A stretch of DNA of 64,000 bases from the human T2T-CHM13v2.0 reference genome, Homo sapiens. This document shows, piece by piece, positions 1-14,749 of the stretch. The notes beneath the pieces were generated by a model that was given only the letters and a program-made list of their open reading frames with translations, did not search any database and was not told the origin of the DNA. The translations under genes were made by a program, and so were the position numbers. The stretch is from NCBI RefSeq assembly GCF_009914755.1, contig NC_060935.1. One strand, 5' to 3'. The stretch's first letter is position 1. The number at the start of each line of letters is the position of its first letter.

Positions 1-577
1 GTATATATGTGTGCATGTATATATACATGTATATGTGTGTACATATATGTACATATATGTATGTATATGTATATGTATATATGTATGTGTATATATACAT
101 GTATATATGGATATATATCATATGTATATATGTGCGCATAAAATACACATATGCATATGTATATGTGTGTATGTACATATATACATATATGTATATGTGT
201 GTGTACATATATACATATATGCATATATGTGTGTACATCTATATATACATATATGCATATATGTGTGTACATCTATACATACGTATATGTATGTGTGTAT
301 GTATATGTATATATGTATGTGTGTATATATGTGAATATATACATTCTGGAATTATGTGCATACAGTATTATACATTCTGGAAATTATATATATACAAGTA
401 TATATATGCACACACATATATACACATACATACACACATAAGTATATGTATGTATAGATGTACACATATATATATGTACACACACACGATGATACATATA
501 CATATATATTCCTGATATATATATATATGTGTGTGTCCTGATATATATATATATATGTGTGTGTGTGTCAGGAATAT
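1..577. repeat. Compound (TA/TG/CA)n low-complexity tract, almost entirely alternating purine-pyrimidine
   Basis: Read directly. TG/TA-rich 1-340, CA/TA-rich ~400-505, (TA)n(TG)n blocks 515-568. The Y/I/M/C/V-rich ORFs here are repeat artefacts. Confidence 0.95.
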
Positions 578-799
578 TGCTCTATAATGAGGAAAGATTG
601 ATTTTTACCAAGCACTTGGAAGAGTTCCCAAACACAAAGCTTGTGTTTGGGATGACTCTAAAAGACTTTCAAAATCATTGTCAGTCTTCTAAAACATTGA
701 TTATAGTTTCTTTTTAAAATAAGAGAATTGAATTGTTTGTTTTGAGAAAGTTCTCAAGGACAGGTTTTCAATATTGTCAATTCTTTTGCATCTAGCCTG

Positions 800-950
800 C
801 CATTCTGAAAACATCCACTGAGTACATACCAAGAGTTAGCCGTGGGGATACACAATCGAACAAACAAAAACTAAAGTTCCTGTCAATATGGAGCTTATTT
901 TTCTGGTGAAGAATAAAGATGTTAAATAAGTAATTGCATGAAAATTTGGT
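800..950 (-). mobile_element. L2 LINE 3'-end relic
   Basis: 'ggggatacacaatcgaacaaacaaaaactaaagttcctgtcaatatggagcttattttt ctggtg' resembles the antisense L2 3' end (ggggatacagcagtgaacaa...gtccctgccctcatggagcttacattctagtg). Confidence 0.6.
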
Positions 951-1099
951 TAGTGTTATGATCTGATGAGTACAGACTATTGTGGAAGCACTTTTTCGTT
1001 TACCATGTCTAGTAATTAAATACCATATAACAGTCAAATATAACAAATAAACAGATGCTATCTTCTTTAATCTGCCTGGAACACACTGGATGGTTCCTT

Positions 1100-1335
1100 T
1101 TTGACAGCTTTCAGCTGCAATATCAAATCTTCAGAAGAGATTTTCCCTTAAAAAATATCATCATCTAGTCCTTTCATTCCTCCACCATATTTTAATTGTC
1201 TGTATAGTTTTCTTGCTTTTTTATTTGCTTACTCATTATCTGTATTTCTGTCTGAGTGTTTACTACTTATTTCCAAAGTCTAGACCAGGATTAGGCACAT
1301 AATAGTTATTCAATATTGGTAGATTAATTGAATAA
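1100..1335 (+). mobile_element. L2 LINE 3'-end relic
   Basis: Ends in 'tctagaccaggattaggcacataatagttattcaatattggtagattaattgaat', similar to the L2 terminus (cctagaacagtgcctggcacatagtaggtgctcaata...tgaatgaat). Confidence 0.55.
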
Positions 1336-1449
1336 TAATGATATATAAATATATCCACTTGCATATGTCTTGTTAGTAATTTGTTAAAAAAATTGATTGA
1401 TTCATTAATATGGTTTTCATAACCTTTAAAAAACTAGCTACCATTTTTC

Positions 1450-1609
1450 TTTGTTAGCTGTTAGTAATATTTCATTGTATGTATGTACCACATTTTCTTT
1501 ATTCATTCACCCATTGATAGACATTTAGGTTACTTCCAGGGCCTGGATGTTGTAAATAATGTTGCAAAAAAACAAGAAACTGCAGATATCTCTTCAAAAT
1601 ACTGATTTC
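1450..1609 (-). mobile_element. Old L1 (L1MB-like), inverted 5' segment; partner of 3631-4180
   Basis: Reverse complement reads gaaatcagtattttgaagagatatctgca...gaataaagaaaatgtggtacatacatacaatgaaatatta, the ORF2 C-terminal region directly upstream of the sequence starting at 3631. Confidence 0.8.
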
Positions 1610-3626
<2,017 letters not shown>

Positions 3627-3630
3627 TTTC

Positions 3631-4180
3631 AAAACAAAAGAAATCTTACCATCTGCAACAACATGGAAGAACTTGAAGGGCATTATGCTAAGTAAAATAA
3701 GGCAGAAACAGAAAAGGACAAATACTACATGATATTACTTATGTGATGACTCTGAAGCAGTGAAACTCAGAGGAGCAGAGAGTGGAATGGTGGTTGCCAG
3801 GAGATGGGGGAAGGGAAAATGGGGAGGTGTTAGTCAAATAATATGAAGTTTCAGTTTTACAAGATGAGTAGGTCCTAAATATCTACTGTACAACATAGTG
3901 CTTATGGTTAGCAATGTTGTATTGTATACTTGGAAATATGCTAGGAGGTTGTATCTCATGTTACGTGTTATCACAGATAAATAATAATCATCATCATAAA
4001 CAAGAAGGGGAAGGAAACTTTTGGAAGCAATAGATAGGTTGTTTATACATAGAATGTGGTGATGGTTTCATGGATGTATATTTATCTCCAAAACTCATCA
4101 AGTTATATACATGAAATATGTAAAACTTCTTGTTTGTCAGTAATACCGCAATACAGTGGTTTAGAAAATAAAACAAAGCA
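3631..4180 (+). mobile_element. Old L1 3' end (L1MB1/2-like), non-inverted segment
   Basis: ORF2 end 'gcaacaacatggaagaacttgaagggcattatgctaagt', then an L1MB-type 3'UTR (ggaaacttttggaag...gtggtgatggtttcatggatgtatat...aaactcatcaagtt) ending in an A-rich tail. Confidence 0.8.
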
Positions 4181-6587
4181 GAAAATAGCCACACCAAAAT
4201 CTAATACCAGATTCAAGGTAATAGGCCTTTGCTTTTTTGCCTGCCAAGCACTCATTCAGCCTTTCTTTGGTAATGCCACCACGTTTTTTTTCCTTGGGAA
4301 ATGACATCTTGTGTAATGTAAGTCTAATTATTTTCATTGAGAAACAGTCAGAAAATGAAGCCAACACATAGAAAAGCAAAATTACAATAAAGTTTCCTGA
4401 TATAAGCATTTTAGTACCTAGATTCAGTTCTAAGCTAGACTTTCCCTATGGACTTCATTGTATCAGCTGATTTATACAGGGTTTGTGTCACTTGAAAATG
4501 AAAGAGTCATTTCTAATAATCTATTATTTTGTGGACTGATGTGTCTTAATACCAATGAACTTCAAATTCCATCTGTTTCTTTGTTAACATCGCCATCATG
4601 TATTCTAATTTTTTTACTCACAATGTTTGTATACTTATTTCTGCTCACTCAAAACTTACACAGATATGCTCTATCATGGTCTCTCTAGCATCATTTCTTA
4701 TCATGACCTTCCAGCTTTAACTCTCCCACTAATTACCTCAGTTTCTACTATTATATTTCTATATAATATAATATATATAGCATGAGAATGGTAATCAGGT
4801 GGCCACCACATATTTTGTTTCCTAGAAGGGTTATAGATTAGGTGTATAACCTATTGATTCTCTGTATTTGGGTAAAGTGACTAAACTTTGCTTTTCTACT
4901 AAGGGGATGGGCAGAATAGATTTACAATATGGTATAAAATTTAACTACCTAAAGGGATATTGGACAGAAAGTTCCCTATAAGGACAATGAGCACGGTAGG
5001 CAATACTATATTCAGGGTTAATATTGGTACATGGATTGAACATAGTAGATGCTCAATTAATGATTACTACTTATGGTTGTCTGTGCTTGTTATAAGAGGG
5101 GAATCTTTAGCTTTTACTAGAATGTATATAAATAATCAAGGTGATGGTACAGAGGTTTTCTTGTTGCTTTTTACTAGAGTTGATGCATTGTTCGAAGTGA
5201 ATAACCAGTGATATAACCAAAATCACTATGTTTAACCCAGATTTTCCTTACTCTCAGCCCCAAATTCTCACTATTATCCTTCTACTAGTAGATATATGGC
5301 CAAGATTGTAGAAGAGTTAAAGGAAGCCATCAATTCACTAATGGGAAACCCTACATTTGCTGGACCACCCTTCCATGATAATAATGCTCATAAAGAATTT
5401 CCATATGTATCAGCTTATCTGATTTAATATTGCAAAGTTTTGAAATTTTTGTTTCATCCCTTATTTAATACCTGAGAGAATTTTATTTTGCAGAATTTCT
5501 ATGATTTTTAAGTCCGTATCTTACAGTTTGGCTAATCTACTCTGCTTGTTTATTCTTCTTTTTGTAAATATATACTAAGCAAAATCTCAATGCCTAGGTC
5601 AGGGATTCTAGGCATGATCCTTCTTTAGTTCATTACCCATAACACACATAACTGATGACTCACACTGATACAGCTTTTCCTGGATGCCATCATAAAATAT
5701 ACTGTATTTTACTTTAATATTCAGACTTCTGAATGCAGTAGGAGTTACAAAGTCACTAATTTTCACAGCCTGGAAAATATTTTTGTTAGTCATCAATTAA
5801 TCATTATAAAGTATTAGTTGATCCTCTAGGATATATTTCTGTTCTGATTTGTAAAATTTTAAGAATATGTTATATAGCTGGAGGTAAAGGAGGGCTAAAT
5901 TATAACTCAAATGCCAAGTAGACACTTTAGCCTTTGCTTGCAAAATGAACTTATGTCTCCTTATATTTATTACTGACAGCTATATTTTACGATGGAGTTG
6001 AATCACATAATAGACATCAGTCATTTGTTCCTTACTGATGGGAAGAGAGCCTTATGTCTAACACCCAAATTCTTTGCGTGGCATTTTGCAGAAGATGATA
6101 AAAGCAGTAATTGTCCTTTTCAAATAGTGAAACATCAAATTTCACTGTAATCTCTAGTATTCTTGAAAGTGCTTCTATGACAGAAGAATGAATAATAGAG
6201 GTATTTAGATTTTGAGGAAGATAAATACATGAGGATTAGTGGCTTAAAGATGTAAAATAATAAATACATTGCTAGATAGACTTGGCCCCTGAACCAGATG
6301 ATACAGACACATTTGGTAAGTTATACAGAACCATATGGAGCAACCATTTTTCTTAAGCTATTTAGCCCTAAGTGGCTTCAAATAAGAGAGCAATTCCTAA
6401 CATTTGTTAACACAAGAGGGTATGTAATCAGAGAGGTACAATGTAAAAGAAGTCACATTTGCTCCCAAGGGAACATGCAGGTTCTCAAGTGGCAGAAGAG
6501 AGAGGTTCCGTCCATGTAGAAATAAAGTTGACTTTTCAGTATATAGAATGAATGATACATAAATTCTACAGAGAGACATATAAGTAT

Positions 6588-6747
6588 AAGAAAGAAAGAA
6601 AAAGAAAGAAGAAAAAAAGGAAGGAAAGAGAGAGAAAGAAAGAAAGGAAGAAAGAAAAAAGAAAGAGAAAGAAAAGGAAAGGAAGGGAAGGGAAGGGAAG
6701 GAAGGGCAGGGCAGGGCAGGGCAGGGCAGGGCAGGGCAGGGCAGGGC
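6588..6747 (+). repeat. Compound purine microsatellite (GAAA)n-(GGGAA)n-(GGGCA)8
   Basis: Read directly. Pure purine 6588-6706; eight GGGCA units 6704-6743. Confidence 0.95.
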
Positions 6748-7339
6748 CTACAGGAGTGTGCTTACTTTCCTAGCACATGTGAAGAGAAGAGAGCACCAGA
6801 GAAAGGCATAGTTTCTTTCATGTTTAAGACCTTTCAAAAGAAGAGTGACCCTACCTTCCAGCAAACGTGGCCTCATCAGATCTGAAATTGAGTAACACAA
6901 GCTCATATTCTGTCCTTTGGTGATGATATAGAGGAAGGTGGAGACAGTGATAGAGATTGCTTCCTTATCTTCAAATGGACAGTATAAAAAATAACACATT
7001 ACTAATACAACTCTGGAACTTTTCAAGTAAAAGGTATATTGCCTTTTGGTATGAATTTCTAGCTTTGTAACTGTGGAAAGAAATCAAGAGGTGTTAAAAG
7101 TCACCCACTACCTCTATACTTTTAGGTTTGTGTGCATGCAAAGGGTGTGTGTATCTCAATAAAATTAGTGATCATATTTCTACATACTAGCAAAAATTAG
7201 ACTCTCACAGAATTACCATACTCTGAAAAGATTATTTTTTAAAAGAATTAGGCATTACAGTTTTTCCATTTGTTTTTGTATGTAAGAAAGTCTTATACTG
7301 GCAAAAACATGAAAAGATTTATGAAGAATGCTATTAATT

Positions 7340-8150
7340 GAAGAATGACTTGTAATACTAAATGCCTGAAAATAATCCCAAATATCTATTCATAGGGACC
7401 TTGTTAAATAAAAAAATAGCTCATAGATGCAATAAAGAACCATGTAGCTGCAATGAAAGGAATAAAAGATAGCTCTATGTACTAATACGTAATGATTGGC
7501 AGGAAATGTTGTTAAATAAAGTAAGGAAGAGAAAGCTTCGTATGTTAGCCCATATTTTTATCCAAGAATGAAGAAAATTAACAGATATATGTATTTATTT
7601 ATATACCTTAGTAGAAAGATAATAAAGCAAATAAAGTAATAAAATGAAGTAATAGAGTAATAAAGTAAATAAGGGAAAAAGATAATAAAAATAAATAAAG
7701 TCATAAAAATTGTTACCTAAAGGGGAAACAAAAAAAATTGAGAGCAGACAGGGATACAGATTATTTTTTAGTATGTCTAGTTTTTTATGTTTTACTTGAG
7801 ACCCTGTGAAATTTTTTATTACTGTAAAATTAACTTACATTAAAACTGAAAGTTAGCTGAAACAAATGAAAGTGAATATGCAGTTGGTAGAATAAAACAC
7901 AAATAAAAAAATTATCAGCCAATGAACAGTTTCTTACTATCCAAAATTGGAATGGTTTTTGAATCAATTAGGATAATAATTGAAATTAATTGAAATACAT
8001 TTGATATTCTGTTTCATGTGTGAGTACAGAAGATGTGAAAGTAGCCATGAACTGATAATTTTAAAAGTTAGATAATGAGAACATTGTGTTTCAAAGTACC
8101 ATTCTCTTTACATTTTTATATGTTTGAAATTTTCTATAAATAAAGCCCTA
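7340..8150 (+). mobile_element. Ancient L1 (L1MC/L1ME-type) 3' fragments
   Basis: 'aataatcccaaatatctattcatagggaccttgttaaataaa...gatagctctatgtactaatac' and the terminal 'ttctctttacatttttatatgtttgaaattttctataaataaa' resemble old L1M 3' ends. Heavily diverged. Confidence 0.5.
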
Positions 8151-8509
8151 AAAAAGACAATTTACATACCCATAGAAAAACCAAGGCTAATTTACATCAT
8201 GGCGTTGCATTACAGAACACTGTGTATATTAACCATAAGTGATTTATCTCACCTAAACAGAAGTGGAAGAGAGGATAAAATGATCTGCCAAGCAGATTTC
8301 TTCTCTATTTTGTTTCCACAAATCATAACAAGAGATAAACTATTACATTAGACTATTTACGATGCTAAAATTGTTCTATTTCCAAACTCAGAAATGCAAA
8401 GCATAACTTGAGCTGCAGCGCATATGCTTATGAAAGAATAGTCAAGAAGTAGCAAAGTGCTTTCTTGAGGCTGTGCAGTGAGTTGATTAAGAAGATGGAC
8501 TGTAGAGTT

Positions 8510-8712
8510 ACACTAGCCAATATGGTAGCCACTGGGCACAAAATACTGTTTAAATTAAAATTAATTAAAATTCAATACAATCAGAAGTTTTATCTCTTCA
8601 TTCACACTAGCTATATTTCGAGCTACATTGTCACATGTGGGTAATGTTTACTTTATTGAACAGTGCTGATATAAATTTTCTATCATCACAGAAATTTCTA
8701 CTGACCAGAACT
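8510..8712 (-). mobile_element. MER3-like hAT-Charlie MITE
   Basis: 'ccaatatggtagccact...tttaaattaaaattaattaaaatt...cacatgtgg...ttctatcatcacagaaatttctactgaccag' follows the MER3 layout. Confidence 0.75.
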
Positions 8713-8794
8713 TACCCAGAGGGAGTCTCCCTGTTTTAAAATCCCAGCTCTACTCATTATTGACTATATCAACTTTCTGATCTTTAGTATTATG

Positions 8795-9110
<316 letters not shown>

Positions 9111-9538
9111 CGGTTTCCCAATTTTTACAAAATGTTATTAAAAATAGTATAACTAACCTCTAGGATGGGAGCATGGATTTTAAAAGGCATTTAGAATGAT
9201 ATCTGTACAATGTGAACACTTAAGAAATATTGTTTCTTTGATATAAACCATCACCTGAAATAGCTATTAAATGGATTAGACAGTCTTGTCTCTAATTGCA
9301 TTGCGCATGAAACGTTTTGCAATGAAGCATTCTGAGCATTGCTTAACTGATTTTAAAATGTTGACAAACTCAGACAGAGCTCTAAATACAGATTTAAAAA
9401 CTTGACAAAATCCACAAATTGCTTTTCACAGATTCTCATCATACATTGCTTTGCCTAGGTTTTATGATTGAAACTGTCTGTGTAGTATTTAGACAACAAA
9501 TTCTTTCTGTTTAGAGAATCTGAGAGATATTTAATCAG

Positions 9539-9727
9539 TGTGGTAAGCAGAACAATGGGTGCCCAGAGATATTCATGCTGTAATCAATGGACTTTGTGAT
9601 TATGTCATAAGGCAAATATATAATCAAGGTAAGGTAATATAATCAAGATAATAGAAAATTCCATATATATACTTATCAAATTCCATATATATATATTTGC
9701 CTTATGACATGTATACATATATATGTG

Positions 9728-9761
<34 letters not shown>

Positions 9762-10285
9762 TATGCATGCAGAAGCAATTAAACTTACAGAGTTTAAAAT
9801 AGGGGGATTGCCCTAGGTTATTTGGATGAGCTCATTGCAGTAATGTGTGCCCTTAAAGGTGGAAGACAGGAACAGATGAGTCAGTCAGTGAGATAAGATG
9901 AAGGTAGAGTCAGCAAGATTTGAACCGTGAAAGGAGTTAGATTAGCTGTTGCTGGCTTTGCAGACAGGGAAAGGAGACACCAATCAAGGCATGTATAAGG
10001 CCTCTTAAGGCTGGATGTGGCTCTCAGTTGAGAGCCGGCAAGAAAACAGGGATCTTAATTCTGCTGCCACAAGAAGTTGAATTTTGCCAACAACCCGAAA
10101 GAGTAGGGAATCAGATTCTCTTCTAGAGCCTCCAGAAAGAAACTCAACTTCGCTACCGTCTTGATATTACCCCAGTGAGGCTGGTATTATTTTGATCTAC
10201 AGAACGTTAAAAGAAGAAAATGTGTATTCTTTTAAGCTGCTATATTTTTGATAATTTGTTGTGGCAGCAGTAGAAAGGTAGATAA
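9539..10285 (+). mobile_element. MaLR solo LTR (MLT1D/E-like) with an internal simple-repeat/templated insertion at ~9619-9765
   Basis: Start 'tgtggtaagcagaacaatgg...', core 'gccggcaagaaaacagggatc...gaattttgccaacaacc...attctcttctagagcctccagaaag', end 'taatttgttgtggcagcagtagaaa'. Confidence 0.8.
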
Positions 10286-12759
10286 TAGAAAATGCATTTA
10301 AAATCTGACAAGGCAAAAGCCCTCAACTTTTTAATATGCTATTGCTATGTTATCATGACAGAAAAATATAGGTCTTATCAATTAAGATCCTAGTTAGAAT
10401 TTAACTTGATAAAAATATTGAGCTGAATATAAGACCATATTCACATTCTGAGGGAAAGTTCATAATGTATTTTTGATGATGTATAAATTGATAAAAAAGA
10501 ATGCTGATTAATGTTCCCTCTGATGACAAAAGCAGTGTCATTCTTGACAAGATCAAATAATAATAAACAAGGTCAAATAATGTTTTAATGTACATCACAA
10601 TTTGATCCCAATTCTAGATTATGAACTAAATATACAAGAGGTAACTGACCCTTACTTCGTGATAACTAACTTCTGAGTTGGAGAGAAATGTCCTCTAATC
10701 TGATCAGTTGATTTCTTTCCATTATCATTTAAAGAACCCATGACATTTTGGTATGCCTACAAAATTATTTTAATTGAGTCTAAAAAAATAAACCTTTAAT
10801 GTTTTATTCTTTACAAATAGAGTTATTTTACATATGTAAAAACAAAATTGCTAATATTAAAAATTTTTGCATGACTAGTAGGTGCAAGGTGTAAACATTT
10901 TAATTTGAATGAACCATATAATCCTCGCTACAACTACATGAAGTGGACACTCTTGCCCATTTCAAAAATTACAGATTGACTATTACATCAGAAGTGTTTC
11001 ATTGGTTGTTTCGCTCATATTATCAGAATTACATCATGATAATTTTCTTAGAAAAATACCCATGAATTTCATGAGTAAAACAGAAGACAAAAACATAGAA
11101 AAACACAGGAAAAATGAGAATTTCCCTGGAAAAACTAAGATTTCTAGTGTTTGGAATTGGGAGCGTTGGTAGAGTGAGGGTGGAAGTGTGAATATTCATG
11201 GGCATAAGTTTCTCTCCCATATTGTGACACCAGAGAAACAAAATTTTCTATCACTATTTCATAGGAGATGTCCTAAATTAATTCCCTGAAACAGAAGAAA
11301 TCCTCAAATATAAGTCAGTAAAGCCAGCTTTATAAAATTTGACATGTCATTTTACTCGTCAACATCATAAGAATTTCCTGTCTAATTGAGATGTTACCAT
11401 CCTGACTCCCAACTCCATTTACATGAATCTTAATTTCTTAAGGTCTTTCATGGTATGCCGAGAATAAATTCAACATAGGACAAAATGATTAACATTTTAT
11501 ATCTGTATCTCCAATACGACTGTCCTAGCATTCCATGAAACTGAGATCAGGTTTTCATTTGCACTTTCAGCAAATGTTATGTTTACATATTTATTGCTGT
11601 AGGTATGCTTCTAAAGGATATGTGGCTTGTAGGATTTGCTCAAATTGAAATTGAAAGTAAATTGTCCAATTGCAATGTTTGTAAGAATCTTCTTGCTATT
11701 CTGCTTGTCATTTCTTGCTATTTGCTTTAGTGATTTCACAACCCTTGAAAAATATTTCATTTTAATATGATTAATTGACTTTTTTTTATCGACTAAGGAT
11801 TTTTGAGAGGCAAAATCAGAGGCCATGGTGTAAAGACAGATGCAAAATAATTTTATAGGAGTGAATTAGAAGCAGATGGCATTAAGTAGGTCTAATTGTT
11901 CATGAGGGTATATGGAGAATGGGAAAAGAGGATATTAAGTTATGACATGAAATGATGGCTGTGTGCCTATACCTATCGAGCATTGTTGCAGCAATAGGAG
12001 GGTTTTGATTCACCTTTATGGAGATCATGTTTTTGTAGTATTTCAGAGGGTTTTTTTTTTTTTTTTTTTTTTTGAGGAAGGTAGCTACCATTCAGTCCAG
12101 GGAGTTGTAATTTCTTTGAATTCACATAGCTTTTAAGTAATAGAGTTGGGATTCAAACCCATGTTTTTCTGATCTCAAACTTTTATCTCCTGCACCACAC
12201 TATCAAGAGAATGATAGGGCCAGATAAGAGCATTCAGCTAAAATCTCATGTGCTATATTACAGAGTCATCCTGGGAAGATGTAAAACCACATGACTCTGA
12301 CTATTGTAGTGGGTAATAGTGGAAACTTACTCTTCTTATTTTTTCTTCTGATCTAGAGCCTTGTACTTGCACTAATTTTTAATCATTGAAACTCTATTGA
12401 AAGGTATCCGTATCAGACAGTGATCTGGGCTTCTGAAGATCATTTTTTATACCCAAATGATATTTTCTCATAAGGTAGATAGGATAGATATCAATAAAGT
12501 ATGTGGTTTCATTTGAATGGGATCCAGTGTTCCTAATGTGAAACAAATGAGGATTGTTCTTGTATAGGAAGCCACAGCCCAAATTCAAGAGACAGAGACT
12601 GTACACCAACAATGTGAAGATGCTCAGGATTAATGTTATGACCAGTGTTTGCACAAGGAGCCAAGTAAGCGAAAAGAAGCAGCAGATCTGGAACCTGTGA
12701 GAAAGGCCCCACCCTATCTTTGAAATTTAGGGTGACATATCAGGGTGCTGTGAATTTCA

Positions 12760-12930
12760 ACTGAGCGGCTTGTTAACTGTGGGGCCCCATGTCTCAGAAA
12801 CTCATTTCCTTCACCCAGGGACAATAATTGGTCTTGCTTCATTGGGTTGTTGTAGGGAATAAATGTGTGACTATAAAACATTACCTAGTTTCTACTACAC
12901 ATTAATAGTATATGCTAAATGTTGGCATCC
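12760..12930 (+). mobile_element. MIR fragment
   Basis: 'ctcatttccttc...gggacaataat...gggttgttgtagggaataaatg...ctaaatgttggc' matches the MIR core and 3' end. Confidence 0.5.
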
Positions 12931-13812
12931 TCTGCTAGCCACTTTCTGTTCCACAAGTGAAAATGGGGGAAGAAACAAGTAGTATTGCATAAATATAAAT
13001 GTTGGCTTTTAGACTCAGAGTTCAGTAACCCCGTATCTTTGGTTTCATTGTGTTGCTCTACCAAATGTAATCACTACAATATATCAGTATGTTGACCTTC
13101 AATGAAAGCCATTATTATAAGCCTTTCTGGTTCATTTCCTGCTGACATCTATAGCACAAGTGACAGTATCATAGGGGATGGAGACAATTTAAAGCAGAGA
13201 TGTGAATGCAGTGGGAAAGTGCCTGCAATCCAGACTTTTGGAGGGAAATACATGCAGCTTTGGGGTTTCATCTTACAATAACCACATTCATTTGGTAACA
13301 TCCTTATCAAAATCAGGGGCATTTTGTGTCTTCATTAATCTATAAAGTCTTAGCACAACTATTAGGCTTTGGAAGTAACAACGACAGCATGTGGACCTCA
13401 TCACATCCTTACTAGACCCCAAGCGGTAACCACTGCTCTAAAGTTAGTAACAGCTGATTCATAATCAAATAAGCTGAGGTTGAAAGTGAGAGGAAGCACT
13501 ATTTTTGCTCTGGCAACCTGGAGTAAAGAATGTGGCCCTCTATGTTTGATGATTGTTCCACTGACTGAGTGTGGCAATAAGTAATGACTCAGAGCTGCCT
13601 CCTTCCTTGCCCTCAGAGCTGAAAGCATCCCTATTAAATTGAAGACCAGTGCTTTGCTTTCATTACAGTGGGGACTGCTCTTGCCAAAAGGGAATTTTCC
13701 TTAATTAATGAGAAAGGACTCTTTTCAAGCGCTACACAATGAGGTCATTGCAATGCAACTTTCTCAGCAAACAGCAGTCTGTCTCTGAATACTGGACTTT
13801 GTAGCTGAGGTG

Positions 13813-14075
13813 GAGAGGCACTTTAGTGTAATTGTTAAGATGATAGGCTTTGGAGTCAGAACAACTGGCTAGCAAATATTGGCTGTCAGCGAATTTTTCA
13901 GTAATCTTGAGCATGTTATTTCACTTCTCTAAGCCTTGGTTTCCTTCTCAGCAACTGCAGATATATCATTTCTTATCTTATAGAATTGTTATTGAGATTA
14001 AACAAGATAAGAAGAGTAAAGCACTTATCACAGTGTTTGGGACATACTGGGTAATTATTAAGTGGTATCTATTTT
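13813..14075 (+). mobile_element. MIR, near full length
   Basis: 'gtgtaattgttaagatgataggctttggagtcaga...tcttgagcatgttatttcacttctctaagccttggtttcct...ttgttattgagattaaa...aaagcacttatcacagtg'. Confidence 0.85.
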
Positions 14076-14749
14076 ATCTCAACATTGTTGTTAGTCTCTT
14101 TTTTTGGATTCATTAATGGAAGGTATATATTTTCATAAAATATGTGCCCAGGAGAAAAAGGATCAAAGGCACTCTTTATTATTCGTCATGAGTTAATGTC
14201 AAACCCTTATTACTTCCTGCATAGATTTCTAAATTATAGCTTCATAAAAACTACAGCCTAAGTAGTTATGACAAATTAGTTTTTTCTCATGGAATGTTGA
14301 GAAGGAATCTGAGACAAGACCTATGCTCACTGAAACCGAGGGCTATGATTCATAATGATATCAGCTGTGGGGGAAAAAAATGGGACCTGAGGGAACGCAC
14401 GCCACCCACCCTCTATCTATGGCTAAGATAAGCAAACAGCCATCATCTTATTGGAATGAAGCAAACTGAAACCTGGATCTATTTAGTGTTAATGTTATGT
14501 AGCAGTTCTCTCTGATAATTGCCAAGTCACCAGTATTGGGTCTTGCCCTTTTAGTTTTGAGGAAATTATTTCAGATGATTGCTGTGTGTGGTATAAGCTA
14601 AGTCTGTGATTTTCAGTTTCAGAAATATATTTTAAAATTATTCAACCAATATTTCTTAACTGCTTTTTTAACACACCTTGAGTAATTACCTTTTTAAAAT
14701 GCTGAGAAAATGGTGATAAATTTATACTTGTTGTGCAGCATCTCAATAT

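Noticed and set aside
9-515. 168-aa, 107-aa and 96-aa ORFs at the window start
   Set aside because: Translations of a (TA/TG/CA)n tract that happens to lack stop codons; no coding features.
6552-6773. Lys/Arg-rich 73-aa ORF resembling a basic nuclear peptide
   Set aside because: Produced entirely by the purine microsatellite.
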